DNA of 64,000 nucleotides from Sedimentisphaerales bacterium (GTDB lineage Bacteria > Planctomycetota > Phycisphaerae > Sedimentisphaerales > Anaerobacaceae). Shown piece by piece: positions 20,273-29,600 of the stretch; position 1 is the first letter of the stretch; every line of letters begins with the position of its first letter. A model generated the notes under the pieces. That model saw only the letters and a list, made by a program, of their open reading frames with translations, was not told where the DNA came from and searched no databases. The stretch lies in contig OY970194.1 in assembly GCA_963708075.1 (NCBI GenBank), positions 160,001 through 224,000 of the forward strand, read 5' to 3'. A program made the position numbers and the translations under genes.

Positions 20273-22942
20273 ATGATGGAACGGCATAGACGATCATCAG
20301 CGAGTGTTCATCGTGGCTCGGCCCTCCTCCTGACCGTGATTCTCACGAGCCTGTTGGCCATCGTGGGCGTGCTGTTTCTGATGGCGACGCGCATCGACAA
20401 AATGGCTACTTCGGCGACGGCGGAGAACCGCGAGATCACATTCGCTGTCGATTCCGTCGTAGCACGTATCGCGGAGGAACTGGCCCGGGATGTGCCTCGC
20501 GGCTCGGCCGGCCAGGAGTACCAGGATTTCCCGGATGCGAACGATTCCTGGTTGGCGGACCTGGAGCCGCGCAGGTCGCCGTCGGACCCGAACGTATACC
20601 AATGGGGGCAGATCAGCGACGTCACCGGGTATTTGCAGAGTCATGGATTCGTGATACAAGATGTCAATGTCGATCCGTTCGGCGCAAGCAAGGTCGTCCC
20701 GGAGTACTCCAAGATCGAGGTGACCGGCGGTGGGCAACTGATAGACCGCCAGGCTGCGAATGCCGACGCTGACGGCGATGGCATTGCCGATTCAAAGTGG
20801 ATCGAGTTCGACGGGTTGATGTCGAGCAAGGGCAGGCTGGTATATACGGCCGTGCGGATTGTGGACAATGGCGGGATGCTCAATGTAAATACGGGCTTCG
20901 CGTTTGATCCCACCGATGCCGCGGTCACGGCAGCAGACGTCGATGGACATACGCAGCTCCAGGTGAATCTCCTGGCGATGGACCGCGGTACCGCAGCTTC
21001 CGCGAAGGCAAGACTACTCGGGGCCCGCGCCAACAACACCCCCAGTGCAGCGGCGATGAATCTTGCGCAATATGAACGGGACGTGATCTGGAATTTCGAT
21101 TGGCTGGGAGCCATCTATACTCCGTTCGATCTGTCGGATGAGTTGGAGCTTCGCTATCGCTATTGCGTAAACAGCTCGGGAACCCAGACACGGCTCGAAG
21201 GGATGTGGAGCACGGTGGGCTCGACGGCTGATCTTGTTACAGTGCCTTATGATGGGTATCGGGATGCTCGCCGGCCCCCGGCGACATGGAGGCGGCTTGA
21301 CGACTGGCGTGCGAGAGTCACCAACGAGCCCAACGCAGCCGTGCCGGACGTGCGGCATCTGCTCACCACGTACAACCTGGATCGGATCCTTGCGCCCCAG
21401 TCTGTGTTCAGCGCGACGGGAATCGATCCTGACAAGATGCTGAACGTCAATACGGCAAGCGATGAGGCGCTCAAGCGAGTCATCACGAAGGCCCTGGAAG
21501 GTATGAACCTCGCGGCGTTCGGCGACCCGGCCCAGATCGCCGCTAACATCAAGGACTACATCGACGAGGATGATACCATCACGGTACAATACGGAGCGGT
21601 CACGACCTCTGCGTACTTTGGGTTCGAGCGCCCGTGCATCTACCTTTCGGAGCTGGCCTATAGATCTGTGCGCAATCCGAGCGGGAACACGCCGTACAAG
21701 TCCTTTGCCGTGGAGTTGTGCAGGCCGTACTTTGAGGATTCCGACCCCCAGCCGAATGAGTGGAGGGTTTTCATCGATAACCAGACAGGCGCTGATGTTA
21801 CTCAGGTCTTCACGTGGTCGGGAACGAGACAGTTCCACGTGCTGTTGTCAGAGAATTCCCAAGCCGCCATCACGGCTGATCATGTTTTCTTCGAGGACCT
21901 GAACACGCCGCCCGATCCAACGTTGGTGCCCGGGTACGATCCCACCAGGTACAGCAACCCGTCCACGCAGCCGTTGGATTCCGCGGGTTTCAGCGCCGGC
22001 GCCACGATCGAGCTGCAGCGCAAGGTCAGTGTGAACGGGAGGGATGCATGGCTCCCCGTGGATCAAGTAAGGGTGCCCGCGACGTTCAATCCGGATACGG
22101 CGGATGGGGCGGTTCACAAGCTCCAGAGGGACATCCTGGCGGAGAAATGCATCTTCCGCCTGTGGGGACCGGCCGATCCCAATGCCGGCAAGAGCCTCGG
22201 CAACGGCAACAGCCAGTATAAGAGCGCGGACACCCGCAAGCTTCAGGCGCATCCGGCCAATGGACCGCTGCTCAATATCGGCGAACTGGGCAAGATCTTT
22301 GCCAAGAGCGCGTACAACATACCGGATCCCAATCTGGGCACTCCACCGGCAGAGAGTCTGCTGATCGATGTCAACGAGCCTGTTTACCAGATGCTGTTCA
22401 ACTACCTCACGGTGATCGATCCCACGAGTCGCAACAGCAATCTGCGGCAGGACGAGATGCGGGTGAAGGGCCGGATCAATATCAACACGGCCCCGGTATT
22501 TGTCCTGGCGCAGCTCCCGTGGATGTCCCAGTACCAGGAGACCGTCCCGTTGGAGAGGGCACGCGGCGTCGTTGCGTACCGGAACAGGTGGGGTGCATTC
22601 AAGAACATCGGCGGGCTGATGCTGGTCCCCCAGATGGGGCAGCTTCAGCATGACGGTGTCAATAATCTCTTCGACGTGGGCCCGGCGGCCACCGTGAGGA
22701 GGGGACCCGATCTGACGTTGGATACGGTCACGGACGATACCGAAGAGCGCGACCTGATCTTCACCCGGATCAGCAACCTGGTGACCGTGCGCAGCGACGT
22801 GTTCACAGCATATATCCTGGTCCGGATCGGGCTCGATGGGCCGCAGAAGAGGGTCGTTGCCATCTTCGACAGGGGCCTGACAAAGTCGCCTCGCGATTCG
22901 GTGCGCGTCCTCAGCCTGGAGCAAGTACCCGATCCGCGATGA
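20273..22942 (+). CDS. Large PilX/GspK-like protein with helix-hairpin-helix-like segments
   Basis: RGSALLLTV signal lacking Glu5; LNVNT and ININTAP repeats, GAFKNIGGL, TVRSDVF. Confidence 0.75.
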   Translation: MMERHRRSSASVHRGSALLLTVILTSLLAIVGVLFLMATRIDKMATSATAENREITFAVDSVVARIAEELARDVPRGSAGQEYQDFPDANDSWLADLEPRRSPSDPNVYQWGQISDVTGYLQSHGFVIQDVNVDPFGASKVVPEYSKIEVTGGGQLIDRQAANADADGDGIADSKWIEFDGLMSSKGRLVYTAVRIVDNGGMLNVNTGFAFDPTDAAVTAADVDGHTQLQVNLLAMDRGTAASAKARLLGARANNTPSAAAMNLAQYERDVIWNFDWLGAIYTPFDLSDELELRYRYCVNSSGTQTRLEGMWSTVGSTADLVTVPYDGYRDARRPPATWRRLDDWRARVTNEPNAAVPDVRHLLTTYNLDRILAPQSVFSATGIDPDKMLNVNTASDEALKRVITKALEGMNLAAFGDPAQIAANIKDYIDEDDTITVQYGAVTTSAYFGFERPCIYLSELAYRSVRNPSGNTPYKSFAVELCRPYFEDSDPQPNEWRVFIDNQTGADVTQVFTWSGTRQFHVLLSENSQAAITADHVFFEDLNTPPDPTLVPGYDPTRYSNPSTQPLDSAGFSAGATIELQRKVSVNGRDAWLPVDQVRVPATFNPDTADGAVHKLQRDILAEKCIFRLWGPADPNAGKSLGNGNSQYKSADTRKLQAHPANGPLLNIGELGKIFAKSAYNIPDPNLGTPPAESLLIDVNEPVYQMLFNYLTVIDPTSRNSNLRQDEMRVKGRININTAPVFVLAQLPWMSQYQETVPLERARGVVAYRNRWGAFKNIGGLMLVPQMGQLQHDGVNNLFDVGPAATVRRGPDLTLDTVTDDTEERDLIFTRISNLVTVRSDVFTAYILVRIGLDGPQKRVVAIFDRGLTKSPRDSVRVLSLEQVPDPR

Positions 22943-22952
22943 TGGGCGGCGG

Positions 22953-23765
22953 CTACGCGCTCATCAACTGGATAAGCCTGGGATGGGTCTTGCGGTTGGC
23001 CACCACGATCTGAAAGGTCTGGCCCTCGTACTGATCGAGGTCGATCGGGAACAGCTTCTCTCCCTTCCAGTCGGTTATGACAGCTTCTGCCGCTTCTGCA
23101 ATCACGACTCCGGCGGCGATATCCCACAGCTTCGGCGTACAGCCCACGGCGGCCACCAATCCGCCCCGCGCCACATACGCCATGTGCAGGGCCGTCGTGC
23201 CGAAGTTGCGAAATCGCGATACCTTGATGATCTCGCATGCCCAGGGCGGAACCTCGTCGAAGTGGCTGTCAAGGCCGACGCTGGTGATCGGCCCGATCAG
23301 TTCCTCCCCTGCGACAATGCGCCTGCCGTCCAACTGGGCATCCCCTCCCTTGACGGCGGTGAACATGTTCTCTGTGGCGGGCTGGAAGATGACGCCGACG
23401 ATTGGCTCGCCCTCATACAGGGCGGCGACGCTGACGGCGAATATCGGTACGCCATGGGCGTAGTTATTCGTGCCGTCGATCGGGTCGATCGCCCACCAGA
23501 TGGCGGGCTCGCCCTGCGGCGGCCGTTTGAATAGCCTGCCCTTCTCGCCCTCCTCGGCGATGAAGCCGTGGTCGGGATAGGTCTCCCGGATTCGCTGGAT
23601 GATGATCTGCTGGCACTCCGCGTCGGCTCGGGTAACCAATTCGGTGTCGCTCTTTCGGACGGCTTGGACGTAATTCATCTGTTCCATCGCGTGCTGGCCG
23701 GCCAGGCGAGCGGCCACGATGGCGGTTTCCAGGATTTGACTTAAGTCTTTTTGTTCCAAGGACAT
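22953..23765 (-). CDS. Inositol monophosphatase family (SuhB-like)
   Basis: VTRAD, AEE, IDPIDGTNNY, WDIAAG. Confidence 0.9.
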   Translation of the reverse strand: MSLEQKDLSQILETAIVAARLAGQHAMEQMNYVQAVRKSDTELVTRADAECQQIIIQRIRETYPDHGFIAEEGEKGRLFKRPPQGEPAIWWAIDPIDGTNNYAHGVPIFAVSVAALYEGEPIVGVIFQPATENMFTAVKGGDAQLDGRRIVAGEELIGPITSVGLDSHFDEVPPWACEIIKVSRFRNFGTTALHMAYVARGGLVAAVGCTPKLWDIAAGVVIAEAAEAVITDWKGEKLFPIDLDQYEGQTFQIVVANRKTHPRLIQLMSA

Positions 23766-23785
23766 AGATACCTCTGCTGCGATCA

Positions 23786-23814
23786 TTGACAGGTTTCCGG
23801 GCTTGTTCTATTCT
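23786..23814 (+). promoter_or_regulatory. sigma70 promoter, probably leaderless transcript
   Basis: TTGACA, 17 nt, TATTCT, 6 nt, ATG 23821. Confidence 0.55.
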
Positions 23815-23820
23815 ACAGTC

Positions 23821-24291
23821 ATGCCGGACGTACGCCAACAAACAAATCACGGCCGGAGAATCCGCCGGGCTTCGCCAAGACAGCGTATGATCGCAGGGCT
23901 GTTCGCTCTGGGCGTCTTTGCCCTGTTTGGGAGCCTGTGGCTGCTGCAGCGGGTCGGCTTCGATTTCGGGTTGATCTTTCCGCTTTGCGGCGTGAAGCAG
24001 AGATGGGGCTTGACATGCCCGACCTGCGGGATGACGACCTCCGTGCTTGCCTTTGCCCGCGGAGACCTAGTCACCGCCTTCTACGTCCAGCCCGCGGCGG
24101 CCTTTCTGAATTCCCTGCTGGTCGCGGGGGCATTTTTTGCTTTCCTCATCGCCGTGTCCGGCGTATATTTCAGGGCCCTGGACCGGCTGTTCGCCGAGAT
24201 CAGGATCAGGCACGTGGTCGTGGGTCTGCTCATTATCCTCGCTGCCGGCTGGGCCGTGACATTGGCCCGCGCGATAGCGGCACAGACCTGA
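23821..24291 (+). CDS. DUF2752-like membrane protein
   Basis: PLC..CPTCGMTTS motif, three TM helices. Confidence 0.75.
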   Translation: MPDVRQQTNHGRRIRRASPRQRMIAGLFALGVFALFGSLWLLQRVGFDFGLIFPLCGVKQRWGLTCPTCGMTTSVLAFARGDLVTAFYVQPAAAFLNSLLVAGAFFAFLIAVSGVYFRALDRLFAEIRIRHVVVGLLIILAAGWAVTLARAIAAQT

Positions 24292-24321
24292 GTGGACGAT
24301 AATTGTTGAGGGACTTGGAGC

Positions 24322-25917
24322 ATGAGCATGGTCAGAGTGTTGATCACAGACAAACTGGCGAAGGAAGGAATCGACTTGATTAACGCCACGGAAGGGGCGG
24401 AAGCCGTCGTCAAAATCGGAATTCCCGAAGACGAACTGGCGAATATCATCCGCGATTACGACGGCCTGATTGTGCGCAGCGAGACGAAGGTAACGGCCAA
24501 GGTTCTCGCCAATCCGGGCCGGCTCAAGGGCGTGGCGCGGGCGGGCGTCGGCGTGGACAACATCGATGTGCCTGCCGCCACACGTAAGGGCATCCTGGTG
24601 ATGAATACGCCGGGCGGCAATACGCTCAGCGCCGCCGAGCACACGATGGCCCTCATGCTGGCCATGAGCCGAAACGTCGTTCAGGCGTGCAACAGCCTCA
24701 AGTCCGGCGCCTGGGATCGCAAGAAATACATAGGCAACCAGCTCAACAACAAGATCCTCGGCATCATCGGCCTGGGTCGGATCGGGATGGCCGTGGCGAA
24801 AATGGCTCGCGGGTTCAATATGAAGATCCTGGGCTACGATCCACTGGCGGCGCCCACGGATGCCGGGGAGTTTGGCGTTCAGGTGACCGACGATGTCACG
24901 CGGATCTTCCGGGAATCGGATTTCATCACGGTGCATGTGCCGAAGAACCCGCAGACACTGAATATGATCAACGCGGACCAGATCGGGATGATGAAGCCAA
25001 CCGTGCGGCTGATCAACTGTGCCCGGGGCGGCATCATCAATGAGAGTGCCCTGTATGATGCGCTGGCCAAAAAGCGGATCGCCGGGGCGGCCCTGGACGT
25101 GTTCTCGACCGAGCCTCCCGAGGACAAGCGATTTTCGGGACTCGACAACTGCATCGTCACCCCGCACCTGGGGGCCAGCACCGAAGAGGCGCAGGTGGAG
25201 GTGGCGGTCGAAGCGGCCCAGATCCTGCTGGACGCCATCAATGGCGGCCCGATTCGAAACGCGGTCAACGCGCCGTCCACAGCCGGCGCCATGCCTCCGC
25301 TCGTGCGCAAGTATGCGGAGCTTACCCGCCGGGTCGGCAAGATGCTGAGCATCATCGCACCCGGAAGCATCAAGGGCGTCCAGGTCCAGTACCGCGGAAC
25401 GATTGGCGGGATGAGCATCGAAGCCGCTACATTGAACTTCGCCATGGGGCTGCTCCAAAGGCATTTTGACATGCCGCTGAACATGGTGAACACGCCGGTG
25501 CTCGCCAAGGAGCGCGGCATCAGCATCGATGAGACGAAGAACGCGGAACCTCGGGATGTTGCCTCGAGCTTCAGCGCGACGGTAGTCACCAGTGAAGTCA
25601 CGCGGACGGTCAGAGGGTCCGTGTTCGGCGAAACGCTGCTTCGCATCATTGAGATCGACGACTTCCATGTCGAGATGACGCCGCAGGGCACTGTGCTGGT
25701 GATCTTCAACGACGACAAGCCCGGCGTGATCGGCTCCGTCGGCACAATCCTCGGCAGGCACGGCATCAACATCGGCACCATGGGCGTCGGGCAGAAGCTC
25801 GAATTGCAGAAGGCGATCCTGGCGGTAAGCCTCGACAAGGAACCTGATGCGGCTACGGTCGAAGAACTCCGCAAGCTCGATTTCGTCAACGAACTCCACA
25901 TTTGCTCGCTCGACTGA
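24322..25917 (+). CDS. serA: D-3-phosphoglycerate dehydrogenase
   Basis: RAGVGVDNID, GLGRIG, NCARGG, TPHLGAST, C-terminal ASB+ACT (DKPGVIG). Confidence 0.95.
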   Translation: MSMVRVLITDKLAKEGIDLINATEGAEAVVKIGIPEDELANIIRDYDGLIVRSETKVTAKVLANPGRLKGVARAGVGVDNIDVPAATRKGILVMNTPGGNTLSAAEHTMALMLAMSRNVVQACNSLKSGAWDRKKYIGNQLNNKILGIIGLGRIGMAVAKMARGFNMKILGYDPLAAPTDAGEFGVQVTDDVTRIFRESDFITVHVPKNPQTLNMINADQIGMMKPTVRLINCARGGIINESALYDALAKKRIAGAALDVFSTEPPEDKRFSGLDNCIVTPHLGASTEEAQVEVAVEAAQILLDAINGGPIRNAVNAPSTAGAMPPLVRKYAELTRRVGKMLSIIAPGSIKGVQVQYRGTIGGMSIEAATLNFAMGLLQRHFDMPLNMVNTPVLAKERGISIDETKNAEPRDVASSFSATVVTSEVTRTVRGSVFGETLLRIIEIDDFHVEMTPQGTVLVIFNDDKPGVIGSVGTILGRHGINIGTMGVGQKLELQKAILAVSLDKEPDAATVEELRKLDFVNELHICSLD

Positions 25918-25920
25918 TTT

Positions 25921-27297
25921 ATGGCGGAAGATCTCATCATCAGCGTCAGCGGGATGAGAGGGATTGTCGGCAAGAGCCTCACCCCGGTAGTCGCGGCGGA
26001 GTACGGAGCCGTATTCGGCACGTTTCTCAAGGAGAGCATTGATACCGGGGGCGAACGATTCTCGGTCTGCGTGGGGCGCGATTCTCGCGTCAGCGGCCCG
26101 ATGCTGGCGTCGGCTCTGGCTGCCGGCCTGTGCGCCACGGGTATCGATGTCATCGACCTCGGGATCGTGACAACTCCCGGCGTGGGCATCATGGTACGTG
26201 AGCTCGGTTGCGAGGGCGGGATCGTCATTACCGCCTCTCACAATCCGATCCCGTACAACGGGATCAAGCTTCTGCTCGGCAACGGGATGGCGCCGCCGGT
26301 GGATACGGCGGAGACGATCCGGCAGCAATTCCTCGCCAGGCATTTCCACTTTGTAGAATCGATCCGGTGTGGGCGGATCGCCTCCAGCGATCAGACGGAC
26401 CGCGTGCATATCGACAAGGTGCTGGCCATCATCAATAAGAAGCAAATCGCCGGCAAACGCTATAAGGTCGTGCTCGACAGCATCAACGGAGCCGGGGCAA
26501 GGGTCACCAAGAAGCTGCTGGCTGAGCTTGGCTGCACAGTGGTGGCGATCAATGACGAGCCTACGGGGCTCTTCGCACATGAGCCTGAGCCGACGGCGGC
26601 GAATCTGACCGGGCTGTGTAAATGGGTGAAGCAGGAGAGGGCGGATCTGGGTTTTGCTCAGGACCCCGACGCGGACCGGCTGGCTATTGTCGATGAGAAG
26701 GGCACGTACATCGGCGAGGAGTATACCCTCGCGTTGGCCGCAAGACATGTGTTTGCGACCAACGGCGGCATTGCGGCCGCGAACCTGTCCACCTCGCGAA
26801 TGATCGACGACGTCGCTCGCCGTGCGGGCGCTCGCGTGATCCGTACTCCGGTAGGCGAGGCCAATGTCGCCAACGCCATGCTCGACCACAAGTGCGTCAT
26901 CGGCGGCGAGGGCAATGGCGGCGTGATCGATCTGCGGGTGGGTCCGATCCGTGACAGCCTCGTCGGAATCGCGCTGGTTCTGCAATTGATGACTGAGACG
27001 GGTAAGACCATCAGCCAACTGGTGCAGGAGATCGGCAGTTATTCCATGCACAAGGACAAGTTTGCCGCTGACTCAAAGCAGGCAGCGAGGATTATGGCAT
27101 TGGCCGCCGAGAGATTTACCGACGCCGCACTGGATACCTCCGACGGCTGCCGGTTCGATTTTCCGGACGGCTGGATTCATCTTCGCACGAGCAATACAGA
27201 GCCTGTCATGAGGGTGATCGTGGAGGCCAGGGACGAACCCACGGCTCGCCGGTACATCGAGGCCGTCTCGGAAATACGCAGGTCCGTCCTGGGATGA
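25921..27297 (+). CDS. glmM: Phosphoglucosamine mutase / phosphohexomutase
   Basis: ITASHNP, DPDADR, GGEGNGG, RTSNTEP; exact substrate cannot be resolved from motifs. Confidence 0.75.
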   Translation: MAEDLIISVSGMRGIVGKSLTPVVAAEYGAVFGTFLKESIDTGGERFSVCVGRDSRVSGPMLASALAAGLCATGIDVIDLGIVTTPGVGIMVRELGCEGGIVITASHNPIPYNGIKLLLGNGMAPPVDTAETIRQQFLARHFHFVESIRCGRIASSDQTDRVHIDKVLAIINKKQIAGKRYKVVLDSINGAGARVTKKLLAELGCTVVAINDEPTGLFAHEPEPTAANLTGLCKWVKQERADLGFAQDPDADRLAIVDEKGTYIGEEYTLALAARHVFATNGGIAAANLSTSRMIDDVARRAGARVIRTPVGEANVANAMLDHKCVIGGEGNGGVIDLRVGPIRDSLVGIALVLQLMTETGKTISQLVQEIGSYSMHKDKFAADSKQAARIMALAAERFTDAALDTSDGCRFDFPDGWIHLRTSNTEPVMRVIVEARDEPTARRYIEAVSEIRRSVLG

Positions 27298-27423
27298 ATC
27301 CGACGCTCGCTATTGTGACGGGACCTTCTCTTCAGTTGTGCCTGTGTCACATATTTACAGCATCGGCGCGCTGCCTGCTCCGAGACGGATGGCCCAGCCA
27401 GGATTGCCTGCGGCGGAAAACTG

Positions 27424-27452
27424 TTGCAGGCGGACCGCAAAAGAAATAGAAT
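27424..27452 (+). promoter_or_regulatory. Possible sigma70 promoter
   Basis: TTGCAG, 17 nt, TAGAAT upstream of ATG 27500. Confidence 0.4.
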
Positions 27453-27499
27453 ACACCACTTCGCGGAGAGGATCTTGCGCAGGAAAGGATAAAAGCAGC

Positions 27500-29599
27500 A
27501 TGGGTCTTGAGAGTTTCTTTAACCCGAAGTCGGTCGCGATTGTTGGCGCCTCCCGCCAGAAGGGCAAGGTGGGCTATGAGATTCTCGCCAACATGATTGC
27601 GGGCGGCTACGCGGGTGAAATTTTCCCGATCAATCCGAACACCGAGTCTATTGAAGGGCTTAAGTGTTTTCCCGACCTCAAGTCGATCGGCCGTGTTCCG
27701 GACCTTGTGATTATCATCGTCCCGGCCAAGTATGTGGCGGGGGTGATGGAAGAATGTGGGAAGATCCGCGTGCGGTCCGTGATCATCATCACTGCCGGCT
27801 TCAAGGAAGTGGGTAAGGAGGGTCGGGAGCTGGAGGAGCAGGTCGTGCGGATCGCCCGCCGGGCGGGGATTCGTTTCATCGGCCCCAACTGCCTGGGCGT
27901 GATCGCTCCGTCACACAAACTCAACGCCAGCTTTGGTGGTGATTTGCCGACGCCCGGAGGAATCGGGTATATTTCCCAATCCGGTGCGCTGCTGGCGGCT
28001 ATCCTGGACCTGGCCAACGCCAGCGGCATCGGCTTCAGTAACCTGGTGAGCATCGGAAACAAGGCGGATGTCGATGAGCTGGACATCATCCAGGCCCTCG
28101 GCTCGCAGAAGGATACGAAGGTCATCGCCGGATACCTCGAAAGCATCACGGATGGCGACGCCTTCGTGCGAGAGGCAGAGGAGATTTCGTACAAGAAGCC
28201 CATCCTCCTGATGAAGTCCGGCGGGACCGAGGCCGGGGCGCGGGCGGCTTCCTCGCATACGGGCAGTCTGGCCGGCGGGGAAGTGGCGTACGAATCGGCC
28301 TTCAAGCGGGCCGGCGTCATTCGCTGCGACTCGATCAAACAGCAGTTCGATTTCGCCCAGGCGTTCGCCAATCAGCCCCTGCCGAAGGGGCCGAGGGTCG
28401 CGGTGATTACCAATGCCGGCGGCCCGGGCATCATGGCCGCCGATGCGATCGAGCAGGAAGGCCTGACATTTTCGAAGCTGGAGGAAGAGACGCGGAAGAA
28501 ACTTACGGAGGGCCTGCCGCCTGCGGCCAACGTGTACAACCCCGTCGATGTGCTGGGCGATGCGCTGGCCGACCGCTACGAGTTTGCCCTCAACATCGTG
28601 CTGGATGACCCGAACGTGGATAGTGCGATCGTGCTGTTGACGCCGCAGGCTATGACGCAGGCGAAAGAGACGGCCGAGGCCGTCGTCCGGATTGCGGGGA
28701 AGAAGGGTAAGTCGGTCCTCGCCTGTTTCCTCGGCGCCCAGAAGGTCGAGGAGGGGGTCCGGATACTGCGAAAAGGCAATATTCCGCAGTATGATTCTCC
28801 TGAAAGCGCCGTGGCCACGCTCAAGGTCATGACGGACCACATCCGGTGGCGCAACAGGCCCAAGCGCGTTGTCCGGCTGTTCCCCGTCAACCGGCGCAAG
28901 GTCGAAAGCATCGTCGAGAGGCACCTGCGCCAGGGGTTACTGGAGATCGGCGAGGCGGAATCCAAAGAAATCCTGGAGGCGTACGGTTTTGCCACGCCGA
29001 AGGGCTCCATCGCCACGACGGCCGAGCAGGCGGCGAACATCGCCCAGCAGCTCGGCTACCCGGTCGTGCTGAAGATCTGGTCACCCGATATCCTGCACAA
29101 ATCGGACGTCGGCGGCGTAAAGGTAGGGTTGAAGAGTGAGCAGGAAGTGAAAGACGCCTTCGACCTGATGATGTACCGCATCCCGAAGAAGCGGCCGGAG
29201 GCGCACATTCTCGGCGTCCTCGTGCAGGAGATGGTCCGCAGCGGCAGGGAAGTGATTCTCGGCATGCACCGGGACTCCCGGTTCGGACCTCTGATGATGT
29301 TCGGCATGGGCGGCATCATGGTGGAAGTCCTGAAGGATGTGTCGTTCTACCTGGCGCCGTTGACCGGTGAGGAAGCCAAGCAAATGCTCATGAGCACCAA
29401 GACGTATCACATCCTCCAGGGCGTGCGAGGCCAGGAGGGCGTCGATATTGAAGCGATCGCTGAGGGATTACAGAGGCTCTCACAATTGGTGACGGAGTTC
29501 CCTCAGATCAAGGAGATGGACATCAACCCGTATGTAGTCGGCGTTCCCGGCACGACCTCGATCGCCGTGGACGCCCGGATTAGCTTAGAGAAGAAATGA
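27500..29599 (+). CDS. Acyl-CoA synthetase (NDP-forming), fused alpha+beta (acetate--CoA ligase ADP-forming family)
   Basis: PKSVAIVGAS, GPNCLG, SQSG, ASSHTGSLAG (phospho-His), NAGGPG, ATP-grasp HKSDVGGV, DINP. Confidence 0.9.
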   Translation: MGLESFFNPKSVAIVGASRQKGKVGYEILANMIAGGYAGEIFPINPNTESIEGLKCFPDLKSIGRVPDLVIIIVPAKYVAGVMEECGKIRVRSVIIITAGFKEVGKEGRELEEQVVRIARRAGIRFIGPNCLGVIAPSHKLNASFGGDLPTPGGIGYISQSGALLAAILDLANASGIGFSNLVSIGNKADVDELDIIQALGSQKDTKVIAGYLESITDGDAFVREAEEISYKKPILLMKSGGTEAGARAASSHTGSLAGGEVAYESAFKRAGVIRCDSIKQQFDFAQAFANQPLPKGPRVAVITNAGGPGIMAADAIEQEGLTFSKLEEETRKKLTEGLPPAANVYNPVDVLGDALADRYEFALNIVLDDPNVDSAIVLLTPQAMTQAKETAEAVVRIAGKKGKSVLACFLGAQKVEEGVRILRKGNIPQYDSPESAVATLKVMTDHIRWRNRPKRVVRLFPVNRRKVESIVERHLRQGLLEIGEAESKEILEAYGFATPKGSIATTAEQAANIAQQLGYPVVLKIWSPDILHKSDVGGVKVGLKSEQEVKDAFDLMMYRIPKKRPEAHILGVLVQEMVRSGREVILGMHRDSRFGPLMMFGMGGIMVEVLKDVSFYLAPLTGEEAKQMLMSTKTYHILQGVRGQEGVDIEAIAEGLQRLSQLVTEFPQIKEMDINPYVVGVPGTTSIAVDARISLEKK

Positions 29600-29600
29600 C

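Noticed and set aside
24067..27051. Long antisense ORFs (994 aa here; also 11688..13859, 29580..31469, 8714..10192)
   Set aside because: Shadow frames opposite well-conserved genes in GC-rich DNA, with no recognisable motifs
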